A stretch of DNA of 39,816 nt, from assembly GCA_033763905.1 (NCBI GenBank), contig JANRJP010000103.1:1-39816 (forward strand), read 5' to 3'. The notes below the pieces were generated by a model, which worked only from the letters and a program-made list of their open reading frames with translations, had not been told where the DNA came from and searched no databases. This DNA comes from Gemmatimonadaceae bacterium. Lineage in GTDB: Bacteria; Gemmatimonadota; Gemmatimonadetes; Gemmatimonadales; Gemmatimonadaceae. This document shows, piece by piece, positions 30,138 to 38,689 of the stretch. The translations under genes were made by a program, and so were the position numbers. How positions within the stretch are numbered: position 1 is the stretch's first letter; every line of letters begins with the position of its first letter.

Positions 30138-31723
30138 GCGTTGCGCCCCGTGTTGAGGATGTTGACGTTGCGGAAACGCGCCGGCGGACAGCCGTGGCTG
30201 ACCGAGTTGACCTGGCCCGGTTGTCCCTTGCCGTCACTGAAGGTGCCACCGAGCCAGTACGACTTCGGCCCGCCGATCATATCCATCGCGTTCCAGAAGA
30301 CCGGCGTGGTGCTCTGGTACGCCACATCCTTGAGCATCCCCGTGATCTTGCCGCCGCGGACTTCGTAGAAGACCTGTCCCGAGAATTGGAAGTTGTAGCG
30401 CTGATTGTCGATCGACCACGAGCCGCGGTTCTTGACGACGATGCCGCGATCGGTCGCAGCGACGATGTCGTCGAGCGAGGTCTCCTTGCTGCCCGGCATC
30501 ACCGAGATGTTGGGCATCCGCTGGAACTGCACGGAGCTCCACGAGTCGGCAAACGAGCAGCCGTGCGAGCGACGGACGCCGGTCTGCTTGGCGATCCACG
30601 CGGCCTGCTCGCGCGTGGTCTGGTAGTCCTTGAAGATGCCCTTCTCGATGATGTTCCATTCCTCGGCGGGCACGCCTTCGTCATCCCACGCACAGCGCGC
30701 GAGCGATCCGGGCTGCAGCCGGTCGGCCTTCACGTTGAGCAGTGGCGTGCCGTACTTGAGCTTGCCGAGGACGGCTTCCGGAGGCGCGACGAACGACGTA
30801 CCGGCGTAGTTGGCTTCTTCGCCGACGGCGCGATCGAGCTCGGTCGGGTGGCCGATGGATTCGTGGATCGTGAGCCAGAGATTGGTCGGGTCGAGAATCA
30901 GATCGTAGCGCCCCGGCTCGACCGGCTTGGCCTTGAGCTTCTCGGCGGCTATCGCGGCCCAGCGCGCGGCGTTACCGGGCAGGTCGAGCGACTCGACGTA
31001 CTCCCAGCCCGAGCCTCGCGGAGCGAGCTCTTCGGTGTACGCCTGGAAGTCGCCATCGGCCGTCGCCGTCGCGGTGAAGCCCGGCCCCACGCGAACGAAG
31101 GTCTGCGTGACGAGCGTGCCTTCGCTGGTGGCGAGCGTTTTGACCTCGCGGAGCAGCGACAGGCTGCTGTTGGCGAAGCGCACGCCGGGCACTTTGAGGG
31201 CGGCCTCGTTGGCGGCGAGCAGCAGTGCGACCTTGTCTTCGATCGGCACGTCGATCGGGTCGCGCGTGATCGGCGTCATCCACGAGCCGGTGACCGGCTT
31301 GACAGGCGCGAGCTCGACCGGGCGCTTCTGCACCGCGCGCGCGGCCTTGGCCAGCACCACGGCTTCGCGCGCGGCCTTCACGACGCCAGCGGTGGAGAGA
31401 TCGCTCGTCGCGGCGAAGCCCCAGCTTCCTTGGACGAGCACGCGGACGCCGCAGCCGAACGATTCGCTGTCGGACACGTTCTGGATCTGCCGCTCGCGGG
31501 CCGCGACGCTCTGGCGGCGGTAGCGGCCGATCCGGCAGTCGGCGTAGGAGGCGCCGGCGTCCCGCGCGGCGCTCAGGGCGTCGGCGGTGAGGTCGGCGAT
31601 GAAGGGCTCGGTGCTCGGGGCCTCGAGCGGGGTCGGCGCCGCGTGCGCGAGGCGTGGTCCGATGGCGACGACCGCGGCGGCCGCGGCGGTCGTGGCGAGG
31701 AAGTCGCGTCGGGTGGGTGACAT
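30134..31723 (-). CDS. tldD: TldD-family metalloprotease with Tat signal peptide
   Basis: MSPTRRDFL...AHA; GCGVRVL..GSWGFA; HESIGH; DDEG; QRMPN; GKGQP...SHGCP. Confidence 0.9.
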   Translation of the reverse strand: MSPTRRDFLATTAAAAAVVAIGPRLAHAAPTPLEAPSTEPFIADLTADALSAARDAGASYADCRIGRYRRQSVAARERQIQNVSDSESFGCGVRVLVQGSWGFAATSDLSTAGVVKAAREAVVLAKAARAVQKRPVELAPVKPVTGSWMTPITRDPIDVPIEDKVALLLAANEAALKVPGVRFANSSLSLLREVKTLATSEGTLVTQTFVRVGPGFTATATADGDFQAYTEELAPRGSGWEYVESLDLPGNAARWAAIAAEKLKAKPVEPGRYDLILDPTNLWLTIHESIGHPTELDRAVGEEANYAGTSFVAPPEAVLGKLKYGTPLLNVKADRLQPGSLARCAWDDEGVPAEEWNIIEKGIFKDYQTTREQAAWIAKQTGVRRSHGCSFADSWSSVQFQRMPNISVMPGSKETSLDDIVAATDRGIVVKNRGSWSIDNQRYNFQFSGQVFYEVRGGKITGMLKDVAYQSTTPVFWNAMDMIGGPKSYWLGGTFSDGKGQPGQVNSVSHGCPPARFRNVNILNTGRNA

Positions 31724-31800
31724 ATCCGCCAAACGCAGACGCCGGCCACAGCGTTCGCAAGGAGTGGCATCCCGAGATTGTCGCCGGTAGGGTTCCCGCC

Positions 31801-32316
31801 ATGCCATTGTCGTCGACTACTCCAACGCGTCGTCGCGAGGCGGCCGAGGTGGCGGACCGCGATCGCGCCTTGGTCGCCCTACGGCGCGTCGTCGCGCGCC
31901 TCACCGCGTCGGCTCGTAGCGTGGAATCGCGCACCGGCATCACGAACGCGCAGTTGTACTGCCTGCGTGTGCTCGCCCGGTCACCGCGTCCCCTGACGAT
32001 CGGTGAGCTGGCTGACGCCACGAGAACCGGCCAGAGCGCGGCATCGCTGCTGGTCCAGCGCCTTGAACGCAGCGGTCTCGTCCGGCGCGAGCGCGACGCG
32101 GTGGACGCCCGACGTCGGGTCGTGCGACTGCTCGCGCGTGGCCGCCAGCTCGCCGCACGGGCCCCCGCCCCCCCCACCGATGAAGTCCTGACCGCGCTGG
32201 CGCGCCTGTCGCGACGCGATCTGCGCGGGCTCGCGCAAGGTCTGGATCGGCTGGCCACGGCCCTTGGCGGGTCGGACCACGAGCCGCCGATGCTGTTCGA
32301 ACCGGAGCGACGCTAA
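31801..32316 (+). CDS. MarR-family transcriptional regulator
   Basis: GITNAQLYCL, LTIGELA...QSAASLLVQRLERSGLVRR...DARRRVVRL...G. Confidence 0.88.
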   Translation: MPLSSTTPTRRREAAEVADRDRALVALRRVVARLTASARSVESRTGITNAQLYCLRVLARSPRPLTIGELADATRTGQSAASLLVQRLERSGLVRRERDAVDARRRVVRLLARGRQLAARAPAPPTDEVLTALARLSRRDLRGLAQGLDRLATALGGSDHEPPMLFEPERR

Positions 32317-32319
32317 TAT

Positions 32320-32331
32320 ATTGACGTCAAT
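32320..32331. promoter_or_regulatory. Perfect 12-bp palindrome ATTGACGTCAAT, candidate operator
   Basis: In an AT-rich patch between the MarR stop and the AGGAGG RBS of the Pal-like gene. Confidence 0.55.
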
Positions 32332-32383
32332 GTTTCGGTCGGTGCCGGCCGGCCGTTCCGGACCCACCCATCAGGAGGTCGCT

Positions 32384-33016
32384 ATGCGGTTCGAACGAGT
32401 GTACGCCCCGATCGCAGGGATGGTCACCGCCGTCATTTCGGCGTGTTCCTCGGCACCGGTGCAGACGGCACCCGCCACGGGGAGCGGCGCGGTCGCCACC
32501 GTCGCACCCGCTGCGCCGAGCGGGGATGCGGCGTCGGCTCCGTCGGCGCGCGGTGCAGCGAGTGCCACGGCGGGATCCGGAGCGCCCGCTGTCGGACGAG
32601 ATCGAGTGAGCGCCTCGGCGGAGGGGACGGGCACGGTCTCCTCGGGGGGCGGTCCCAACACGGCGGCACCAGATACGACCGTCCTGCGAGACGAGGTGTT
32701 CTTCGAGTTCGACTCCGCCGAGTTGGACGCGGATTCGCGAGCACTGCTGGAGGCCAAGTTCGAGATCCTGCGTCGGTTCCCCGAGATCAAATTGCGCATT
32801 GAGGGAAACACCGACGCACGAGGATCCAGCGAATACAACCTCGCACTCGGGATGCGTCGTGCGGACGCCGTGCGTCGCTTCTTCGTCAACCGCGGCATTG
32901 ATCCGTCGCGGCTCTTGTCGGTGTCGTTCGGTGAAGAACGTCCTGCCGTCGAGGGGGCGTACGAGGACGCACTGGCGCGGAACCGCCGCGACGAGTTCGT
33001 GCTCCTGCCGCCCTGA
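32384..33016 (+). CDS. OmpA-family (Pal-like) peptidoglycan-associated lipoprotein
   Basis: AGGAGG RBS; lipobox VISAC; VFFEFDS, IEGNTDARGSSEYNLALGMRRA, VSFGEERP, NRRDEF. Confidence 0.88.
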   Translation: MRFERVYAPIAGMVTAVISACSSAPVQTAPATGSGAVATVAPAAPSGDAASAPSARGAASATAGSGAPAVGRDRVSASAEGTGTVSSGGGPNTAAPDTTVLRDEVFFEFDSAELDADSRALLEAKFEILRRFPEIKLRIEGNTDARGSSEYNLALGMRRADAVRRFFVNRGIDPSRLLSVSFGEERPAVEGAYEDALARNRRDEFVLLPP

Positions 33017-34194
33017 TGCGCGACTCGCTGCTGCTGCTGGCAGTAGTCGTTGGCTCGTATCTCGCGGCGCACGTCATCTTCGAGCGATTCGCCAAGCGAT
33101 TCGCCCTCGTGTCGGGGGCGGAGTATCTCGTCCTCGGCGTGGTGCTGGGGCCACAGGCCACTGGGGTACTCACGCCGGACACCATCGAGAGCTTCCAGCC
33201 GCTGATCACCCTCGGTCTCGGGTGGATCGGCGCGCTGGTTGGCGCCCGCTTTGTGCTGTCGGTGCTCGTGCGGACGCCGGCGATCCGCTACCGCATCGCC
33301 ATCTCCGAGGCGGCCGTGACGATGGTCGCGACGGGCGGCTGCGCGTATCTCGTCGGCGCGCGGCTGGTTGGTCTTCCGGACGAGATCGCACTGCTGGTTG
33401 CCGCGGGCCTCGCGCTCACGTCGCTTCCGGCGTCGAGCGCCGGCCTGGAAGTCGTGGAGCAGGGGACCGCCGCGCGCGATCCGGTCGTTCGCCAAGTGAG
33501 CGTCAGCACGCAGATGCTGGCCGGGATCGCGAGTGCGGGTCTGGCCCTCCTGTTTGCCCTCGTGCACGACAGCCCCACGTCGCTGCCGCGGCGGCTGGTC
33601 CCCACCGAGTGGTTCGTGGTCACGATCGCGATCGGGTTGGTCGGTGGCCTGCTGTTTCACCTCTTCGTGGGGGACGAGCGGAAGGCGGATCGTGTGTTCG
33701 TCTCGCTCGCCGGCGTCATCGTGCTGGTGAGTGGCGCGGCCTCATCGCTGCGGTTGTCGCCGGTCTTTGCCGCAATGGTCTTCGGCGTGATTCTTGGCAA
33801 CTCGCGAACGAATCGCACCGTGATGCTCACCGCCCTCGCGCGCGTCGAGCGTCCGTTCTACTTCGCGCTGCTGATCTTTGCCGGGGCGCTGTGGGAGGTG
33901 CCGGCGCCAGCCGCGTTGCCGATTGCCGCCGCGGTGTTGCTGGTTCGCCCACTGGCGCGCGTCGGTGGCGGTGGCCTTGCTGCACGGGCGAACGCAGCGG
34001 TCGATGAACTGGGGCCGGGATGGGGGCGCGCCCTGATCGGTCACGGTGGATTCGCGCTGATCCTCGCAATGGACTATCTCCTGCAGGGCACCTTGCCCGA
34101 AGGGGGGCTCGTCTTCGCGACGGTGGTCGGCTCGATGATTCTGACCGACGTTGGCTCGGTGCGGGTGCTCCAGTCGGTTCGGGTGTTCCGATGA
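33016..34194 (+). CDS. Cation:proton antiporter-like multi-TM protein (subunit 1)
   Basis: About 12 hydrophobic segments; YLVLGVVLGP, LSPVFAAMVFG...N, ERPFYFALLIFAGA. Confidence 0.7.
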   Translation: MRDSLLLLAVVVGSYLAAHVIFERFAKRFALVSGAEYLVLGVVLGPQATGVLTPDTIESFQPLITLGLGWIGALVGARFVLSVLVRTPAIRYRIAISEAAVTMVATGGCAYLVGARLVGLPDEIALLVAAGLALTSLPASSAGLEVVEQGTAARDPVVRQVSVSTQMLAGIASAGLALLFALVHDSPTSLPRRLVPTEWFVVTIAIGLVGGLLFHLFVGDERKADRVFVSLAGVIVLVSGAASSLRLSPVFAAMVFGVILGNSRTNRTVMLTALARVERPFYFALLIFAGALWEVPAPAALPIAAAVLLVRPLARVGGGGLAARANAAVDELGPGWGRALIGHGGFALILAMDYLLQGTLPEGGLVFATVVGSMILTDVGSVRVLQSVRVFR

Positions 34195-35510
34195 GGCGGC
34201 TGATCGTGCTGTTGATTCTGCTCGGCGCGAGTGCCCTCGTTCGCCTGCTCGGTGAGCCCGGCAGCGGGGCGCAGTGGCTGATGACGTTCGGCTTCCTGAT
34301 CCTCGGCGCGTACAGCGTCGGCGAACTCGTGAGTCGGATCGGACTTCCGAAGATCATCGGCTATCTGGCCGCAGGATTCGTCTTTGGTCCGCGCGTCCTC
34401 GGCGTGGTGACGTCCGATGCGGCGCACCGGCTCGCGCCGGTCAGCGGTCTGGCCATCGCCTTGATTGCCTTTCTCGCCGGCGCGGAACTTCGCTGGAGCG
34501 AGGTGCGCAGTCGCGGTCCGACGATCGCCAAGCTGCTTGGCGCCGAAATCACGGTCACCTTCGTCCTGCTGGCCGGCGCGACCGCGCTCTTCGGCGACGC
34601 GCTCCCGTTCATCCGCGCCTCGGGGGGACTCGCCGAACTCGCCGCGTTCTCGTTGCTGTTCGCGTCGATCGCGGTCGTGCACTCGCCGGCGGTGACGATG
34701 GCGCTGCTGTCCGAGACCCGCGCCGAGGGGCCTGTCGCGCGGACGACGCTCGGGGTCGTCCTGGTGTCAGATGTCGCCGTTGTCCTGCTCTTTTCGGGCG
34801 CGCTCGCCCTGGCGCGGGTCTTGGCGCCGCCGTCCGGCCTTGATGCCACTGGCAGCACCGTGGGCGCCGTCATCTGGGAGATCGCGGGTGCCGCGATCGT
34901 CGGCGCCGCGCTGGGTGCGCTGGTGGCGCTGTATCTGCGCTTTCTCAAGCAGGAGTTGTTCCTCTTCGCGCTGGTGATGGCGTTTCTCGGAAGCCTGCTC
35001 GCGCGCGCATTGCACGTCGAAGTGCTGCTGACGCTGCTCACGGCTGGCTTCGTCGCCGAGAACGTGTCGCCGCGCGAGATCGGCGACGGCTTCCGGCACG
35101 CCATGGAGCGGGCGGCTACGCCGGTGTTCGTGGTGTTCTTCGCGTTGGCCGGTGCGGAACTGTCGCCGGCGTCAATCGCGGCGTCGTGGACGTTCGTGAT
35201 CCCGATCGTGGTGCTGCGAATCGTCGGCATCCGCGTTGGCACGTGGCTCGGCGGCCGATGGGCCAGCGCGCCGGTGGAAGGGCGCTACGTGTGGATGGGT
35301 CTCGTCTCGCAGGCTGGCGTGGCCATCGGACTCGCGTCGGCGGTCGCGCAGGCATATCCCGAGCGGGGGGTGGCGATGCGCGACGTCTTCTTCGCCGTGA
35401 TTGCGGTGAACGAACTGCTCGGGCCGATTCTCTTCCGCGTGGGGTTGACTCGCGCGGGCGAGATCGGCGCGCTGCCCCAATCCGAAACGACAGAGGCCGT
35501 TGCGCACTGA
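34191..35510 (+). CDS. Cation:proton antiporter (Na+/H+ exchanger family, subunit 2)
   Basis: GLPKIIGYL.AG...GP, IAFLAGAEL, SPAVT, VSDV, FFALAGAEL, SQAGVAIGL, NELLGPI; ATGA overlap. Confidence 0.85.
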   Translation: MRRLIVLLILLGASALVRLLGEPGSGAQWLMTFGFLILGAYSVGELVSRIGLPKIIGYLAAGFVFGPRVLGVVTSDAAHRLAPVSGLAIALIAFLAGAELRWSEVRSRGPTIAKLLGAEITVTFVLLAGATALFGDALPFIRASGGLAELAAFSLLFASIAVVHSPAVTMALLSETRAEGPVARTTLGVVLVSDVAVVLLFSGALALARVLAPPSGLDATGSTVGAVIWEIAGAAIVGAALGALVALYLRFLKQELFLFALVMAFLGSLLARALHVEVLLTLLTAGFVAENVSPREIGDGFRHAMERAATPVFVVFFALAGAELSPASIAASWTFVIPIVVLRIVGIRVGTWLGGRWASAPVEGRYVWMGLVSQAGVAIGLASAVAQAYPERGVAMRDVFFAVIAVNELLGPILFRVGLTRAGEIGALPQSETTEAVAH

Positions 35511-35525
35511 CGCAACGGCCTCTGT
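35490..35525. terminator. Perfect 15-bp hairpin between convergent genes
   Basis: ACAGAGGCCGTTGCG-cactga-CGCAACGGCCTCTGT; the antiporter TGA lies in the loop. Confidence 0.7.
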
Positions 35526-35555
35526 GTCCAGCGATGGGCGAACGTTGATGGTTGC

Positions 35556-35630
35556 CTAGCGGCAACAGCAGCAACCAGCCCCGCCGCAGCAGGAGCAGTC
35601 GCTCAGCACCAACATCCTCGTGGCTCGCAT
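35556..35630 (-). CDS. Cys-rich micropeptide MRATRMLVLSDCSCCGGAGCCCCR (24 aa)
   Basis: GGAGGG RBS 7 nt before ATG 35630; TAG at 35556-35558; 7 Cys in the last 13 residues; fills an otherwise empty gap ahead of a hairpin. Confidence 0.65.
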   Translation of the reverse strand: MRATRMLVLSDCSCCGGAGCCCCR

Positions 35631-35696
35631 TCCAGTACCCTCCAACAAAAGGTGGACGAGCAGGTCCCGATAGCTACCGCGTGCTGCGCCAACTCG

Positions 35697-37874
35697 TCAA
35701 CTGCGGACGAGATATCGAAATCCGCGCGCCGGGACCTCGACCGTGGCGGTGGCGGGGACATTCGTCACGAGATCCGTCCACGAACCGGTCGGCAAGGGAA
35801 CGCTTGCCGCCGCGGTCCCCGCGTTGAAGACCGCGAACACCTCGCCGGCGCCGGGCTCGCCACGCAACCAGCTCACGGTGTTGCCAACGCCCTGCACCAG
35901 CCGAATCGCCGGCGACTGCAGCGCGGGCGTGTCGCGGCGCAAGCGGCCAAGCAGGCGGTAGTGGGCGAGCATCGCCGCGTCGCAACGATCCCACTGCACC
36001 GGATACCGGTGCTCGTCCCGACCTCCGGTCGCCCCGAGCTGTGCGCATTCATCGCCCTGCCACGTCAGCGGGATGCCGGGGAGCGCGTAGTTCATCGCGC
36101 TTGCAAGCCGTTGCCGCGCGAGCGCGTCGGCCGGCGGCACCGCGCCCAAGCTGCCGCCGCCCATCTTGGTGAGCAGACGCGAATTGTCGTGCGTCGCGAT
36201 CACATTGAACAGCATCGCGCTTGATGCTTCGGGATACTCGGCGAACAACTGGGCCATCGACTGCAGGGCCGAGCCGCCCGTGACCTGGCCCATCGCGAAC
36301 TTCTCGATGACCTCCTGCCCGAGGGCGTAGTTCATCAGGGCGTCGAACTGATCGCCCTGCACCCAGCTGGCATCACGCTGCCAGATCTCGCCGACGAGGT
36401 ACACCTCGGGGTTGATCGCCTTGGCGGTCTGCCGGAATTCGCGGAAGAACTCGACGCGGTTCGTGATTTCGTTCGGCACGTCCACCCGAATCCCGTGCAG
36501 GCCGAACTGCGTCCACTGGCGAACGACGTCCATCAGGTAGGCGCGGGCCGTGGGGCGCGTGGTGTTGAGCTTCGGGAGCGAGCCGTAGCCCCACCAGCCT
36601 TCGTAGTGCGCGGCGTTACCGATCTGGACCTGTGCGGCGGGGACCTTGAAGGTGAACCAGTCCCAGAACGGGCTCGTGGTGCCGCGCGCGACCGCATCAC
36701 GGAACTGCGGATTGCCCACGCCGGTGTGGTTCGGCACGAAGTCCCACATCACGCGGATCCCGCGCGCGTTCGCGGCCTGCAGCAGTGTCCGAAGCGCGGT
36801 GGTGTCGCCGTAGGCGGGGTCCAGTTGCGTGTAATCCCAGGTGTCGTAGCCGTGGGCCGATCCGCTGAGGAAGATCGGATTGAAGTAGATCAGGGACACA
36901 CCGAGGGACTGCAGGTGATCGAGCTTGCTCACCACGCCGGCGAAGTCGCCGCCGAAGTACTGATGGCAGCAGTGGCGATCGGTGAGCGGCCCGTTCCACT
37001 GCGGCGTGAAGATGGGCGTCGTCGTCTGCAGCGCCGTCGGGAGCATCCAGTACTCGTCGGTGCTCAGGGCCAGCGTATCGTTGGCGGGATCGCCGTTGGC
37101 GAAGCGATCCGGGAAGATCTGGTAGCCCACGCCGTTGCCCACCCACGAGACGCTCCGGAAGACGGAGCCGGGGACGGTGAACGGTCCGAAGGTCTGCGTT
37201 CCGGAAGCGCGATCGACGACGATGGAATAGCTCGACGCCGTGGCGGGGATCGCGGCCCGCCAGATCTCCTGCGTGCGGTTGATCAACTGCTTGTGCATCG
37301 GCACGTCGGTGCTGCCGATGCGCACGACGGCACTGCGCGCGGCGCCGAGGTTGGCGCGGAAACGCACCGAAAGCCGATCCCCGACCTGCGAGAGGAGCGC
37401 GGGCGTGGTGGGCGTGTGCTGGAACCCGAGCGTGGTGTCGGCCGCGCCCACGGTGATCAGCGCGTTCTGGCCGCCGTTGCCGTCGGCGACGCAGGTGATC
37501 GCCGCCCCGTGAATGACGAAGTTGCGGGCCGCGTCGCCCCAGGTCCGGTCGTAGCACATGTCGACCGGCCAGGTGCCGTTGATGTGGAACTTGTACTCGT
37601 ACTGTCCATCGGCGAGCAGGATCCGAGCGAACCAGGTGCCGTTGGTCCGGCGGGACATCAGGTTCGTGGTGGTGCTCCAGCCATTGAACGACCCGGCCAC
37701 GGCCACCGTGGCAATGTTGGGCGCGCCGGCGGGCGGGGTGTACTCGAAGAGAAATCCGCTGGTATCGACCGGCGGGGGCGGGACGATCGGCGTGGTATCG
37801 GTGCCGGCGGGATCGCTGCAGGCGGCAAAGGCGGCCGCGGCGACAAGGGCGAGGGCAGGGGCGAGTCGGCGCAT
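35697..37874 (-). CDS. GH13 alpha-amylase/neopullulanase-like lipoprotein with N-terminal CBM48-like domain
   Basis: Lipobox AFAAC; VAVAGSFNGW...GQYEYKF; YQIFPDRFANGD, GGDF.G, HGYD, DFVPNH, GIRVDV, VGEIW, THD. Confidence 0.92.
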   Translation of the reverse strand: MRRLAPALALVAAAAFAACSDPAGTDTTPIVPPPPVDTSGFLFEYTPPAGAPNIATVAVAGSFNGWSTTTNLMSRRTNGTWFARILLADGQYEYKFHINGTWPVDMCYDRTWGDAARNFVIHGAAITCVADGNGGQNALITVGAADTTLGFQHTPTTPALLSQVGDRLSVRFRANLGAARSAVVRIGSTDVPMHKQLINRTQEIWRAAIPATASSYSIVVDRASGTQTFGPFTVPGSVFRSVSWVGNGVGYQIFPDRFANGDPANDTLALSTDEYWMLPTALQTTTPIFTPQWNGPLTDRHCCHQYFGGDFAGVVSKLDHLQSLGVSLIYFNPIFLSGSAHGYDTWDYTQLDPAYGDTTALRTLLQAANARGIRVMWDFVPNHTGVGNPQFRDAVARGTTSPFWDWFTFKVPAAQVQIGNAAHYEGWWGYGSLPKLNTTRPTARAYLMDVVRQWTQFGLHGIRVDVPNEITNRVEFFREFRQTAKAINPEVYLVGEIWQRDASWVQGDQFDALMNYALGQEVIEKFAMGQVTGGSALQSMAQLFAEYPEASSAMLFNVIATHDNSRLLTKMGGGSLGAVPPADALARQRLASAMNYALPGIPLTWQGDECAQLGATGGRDEHRYPVQWDRCDAAMLAHYRLLGRLRRDTPALQSPAIRLVQGVGNTVSWLRGEPGAGEVFAVFNAGTAAASVPLPTGSWTDLVTNVPATATVEVPARGFRYLVRS

Positions 37875-38050
37875 CACCGGAAATCATACGGTGTGGACCA
37901 GCCCCGCGGGGCAAGGGGCTTAACGCGGCAGGGCATCCGGCGTCTACCACAACGCCGCGACCGGCTCCCCCTCCCGGTCATTCCTTGGGGGAGTCGTGCG
38001 TCTGCGTTGGCCTCGGCGCTCCCGTCATTTCCAGTCGTCAGGAGTCCCGA

Positions 38051-38623
38051 ATGGCCACCCGCACCACCGCCACCGTCGCCGCGCTCATTTACCTGTCGGC
38101 CCCCGCGTCGGCCCACGCGCAGATCAGCGTCGTCAATCGCACATCGGTCGAAAGTCAGGTGCACCTGACGTTCGGTCATTTGTGCGAAGACACCTTCGTG
38201 CTGCGCAACGAAGGCGACCAGGTCGTCGAAGCGACCTTGGGCGTCGAGAAGGGGAACTCGCAGGTTCCGGTCACGCTGGCTGCGCGCGAGCAGATCGAGT
38301 TCAAGTCGCCGTCGAAGGAAGACGCGCAACTCTGGGTCGGCGGCAAGCTGGTGGCCAAGGCCGAGAAGCAGCGCCGGAAGTGCAGCGAGGTGCAGGGGAA
38401 TGCGTCGGTCGCGATCGCGCCGCTCGAAGTGGAGACGAACGACAACGGCGAGCGTCGTCGGTATATGAACTACCCGTACTACGACCCGTTCTTCTATGGC
38501 GCCGCCGGTTGGGGCTGGGGTTGGCCGGGTTATGGGTTGGGCTGGGGGTCGCCGTTCGCGCGCGGGTTTGTTGGTGTGCCGATCATCGTGGCCCCGGGCG
38601 GTCGCGGCGGCAGGCGGCGGTAG
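38051..38623 (+). CDS. Secreted hypothetical protein with Tyr/Trp/Gly-rich C-terminus
   Basis: AGGAG RBS; signal ending ASAHAQ; YPYYDPFFYG..GWGWGWPGYG. Confidence 0.7.
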   Translation: MATRTTATVAALIYLSAPASAHAQISVVNRTSVESQVHLTFGHLCEDTFVLRNEGDQVVEATLGVEKGNSQVPVTLAAREQIEFKSPSKEDAQLWVGGKLVAKAEKQRRKCSEVQGNASVAIAPLEVETNDNGERRRYMNYPYYDPFFYGAAGWGWGWPGYGLGWGSPFARGFVGVPIIVAPGGRGGRRR

Positions 38624-38689
38624 CGGCTCTGTCGGCGCGCGACATCGGCACGCACATTAGGCGCACCTGCGATCCGACGAGGTGTGCCG

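Noticed and set aside
35552..35827. 91-aa plus-strand ORF across the antiporter-GH13 gap
   Set aside because: TTG start with no RBS and it overlaps GH13 antisense; the minus-strand Cys-rich ORF with a strong RBS explains the gap better.
37950..38045. Structured GC-rich leader upstream of the secreted protein; possible riboswitch
   Set aside because: Hairpins are possible, but I recognise no riboswitch consensus; a covariance search would be needed.
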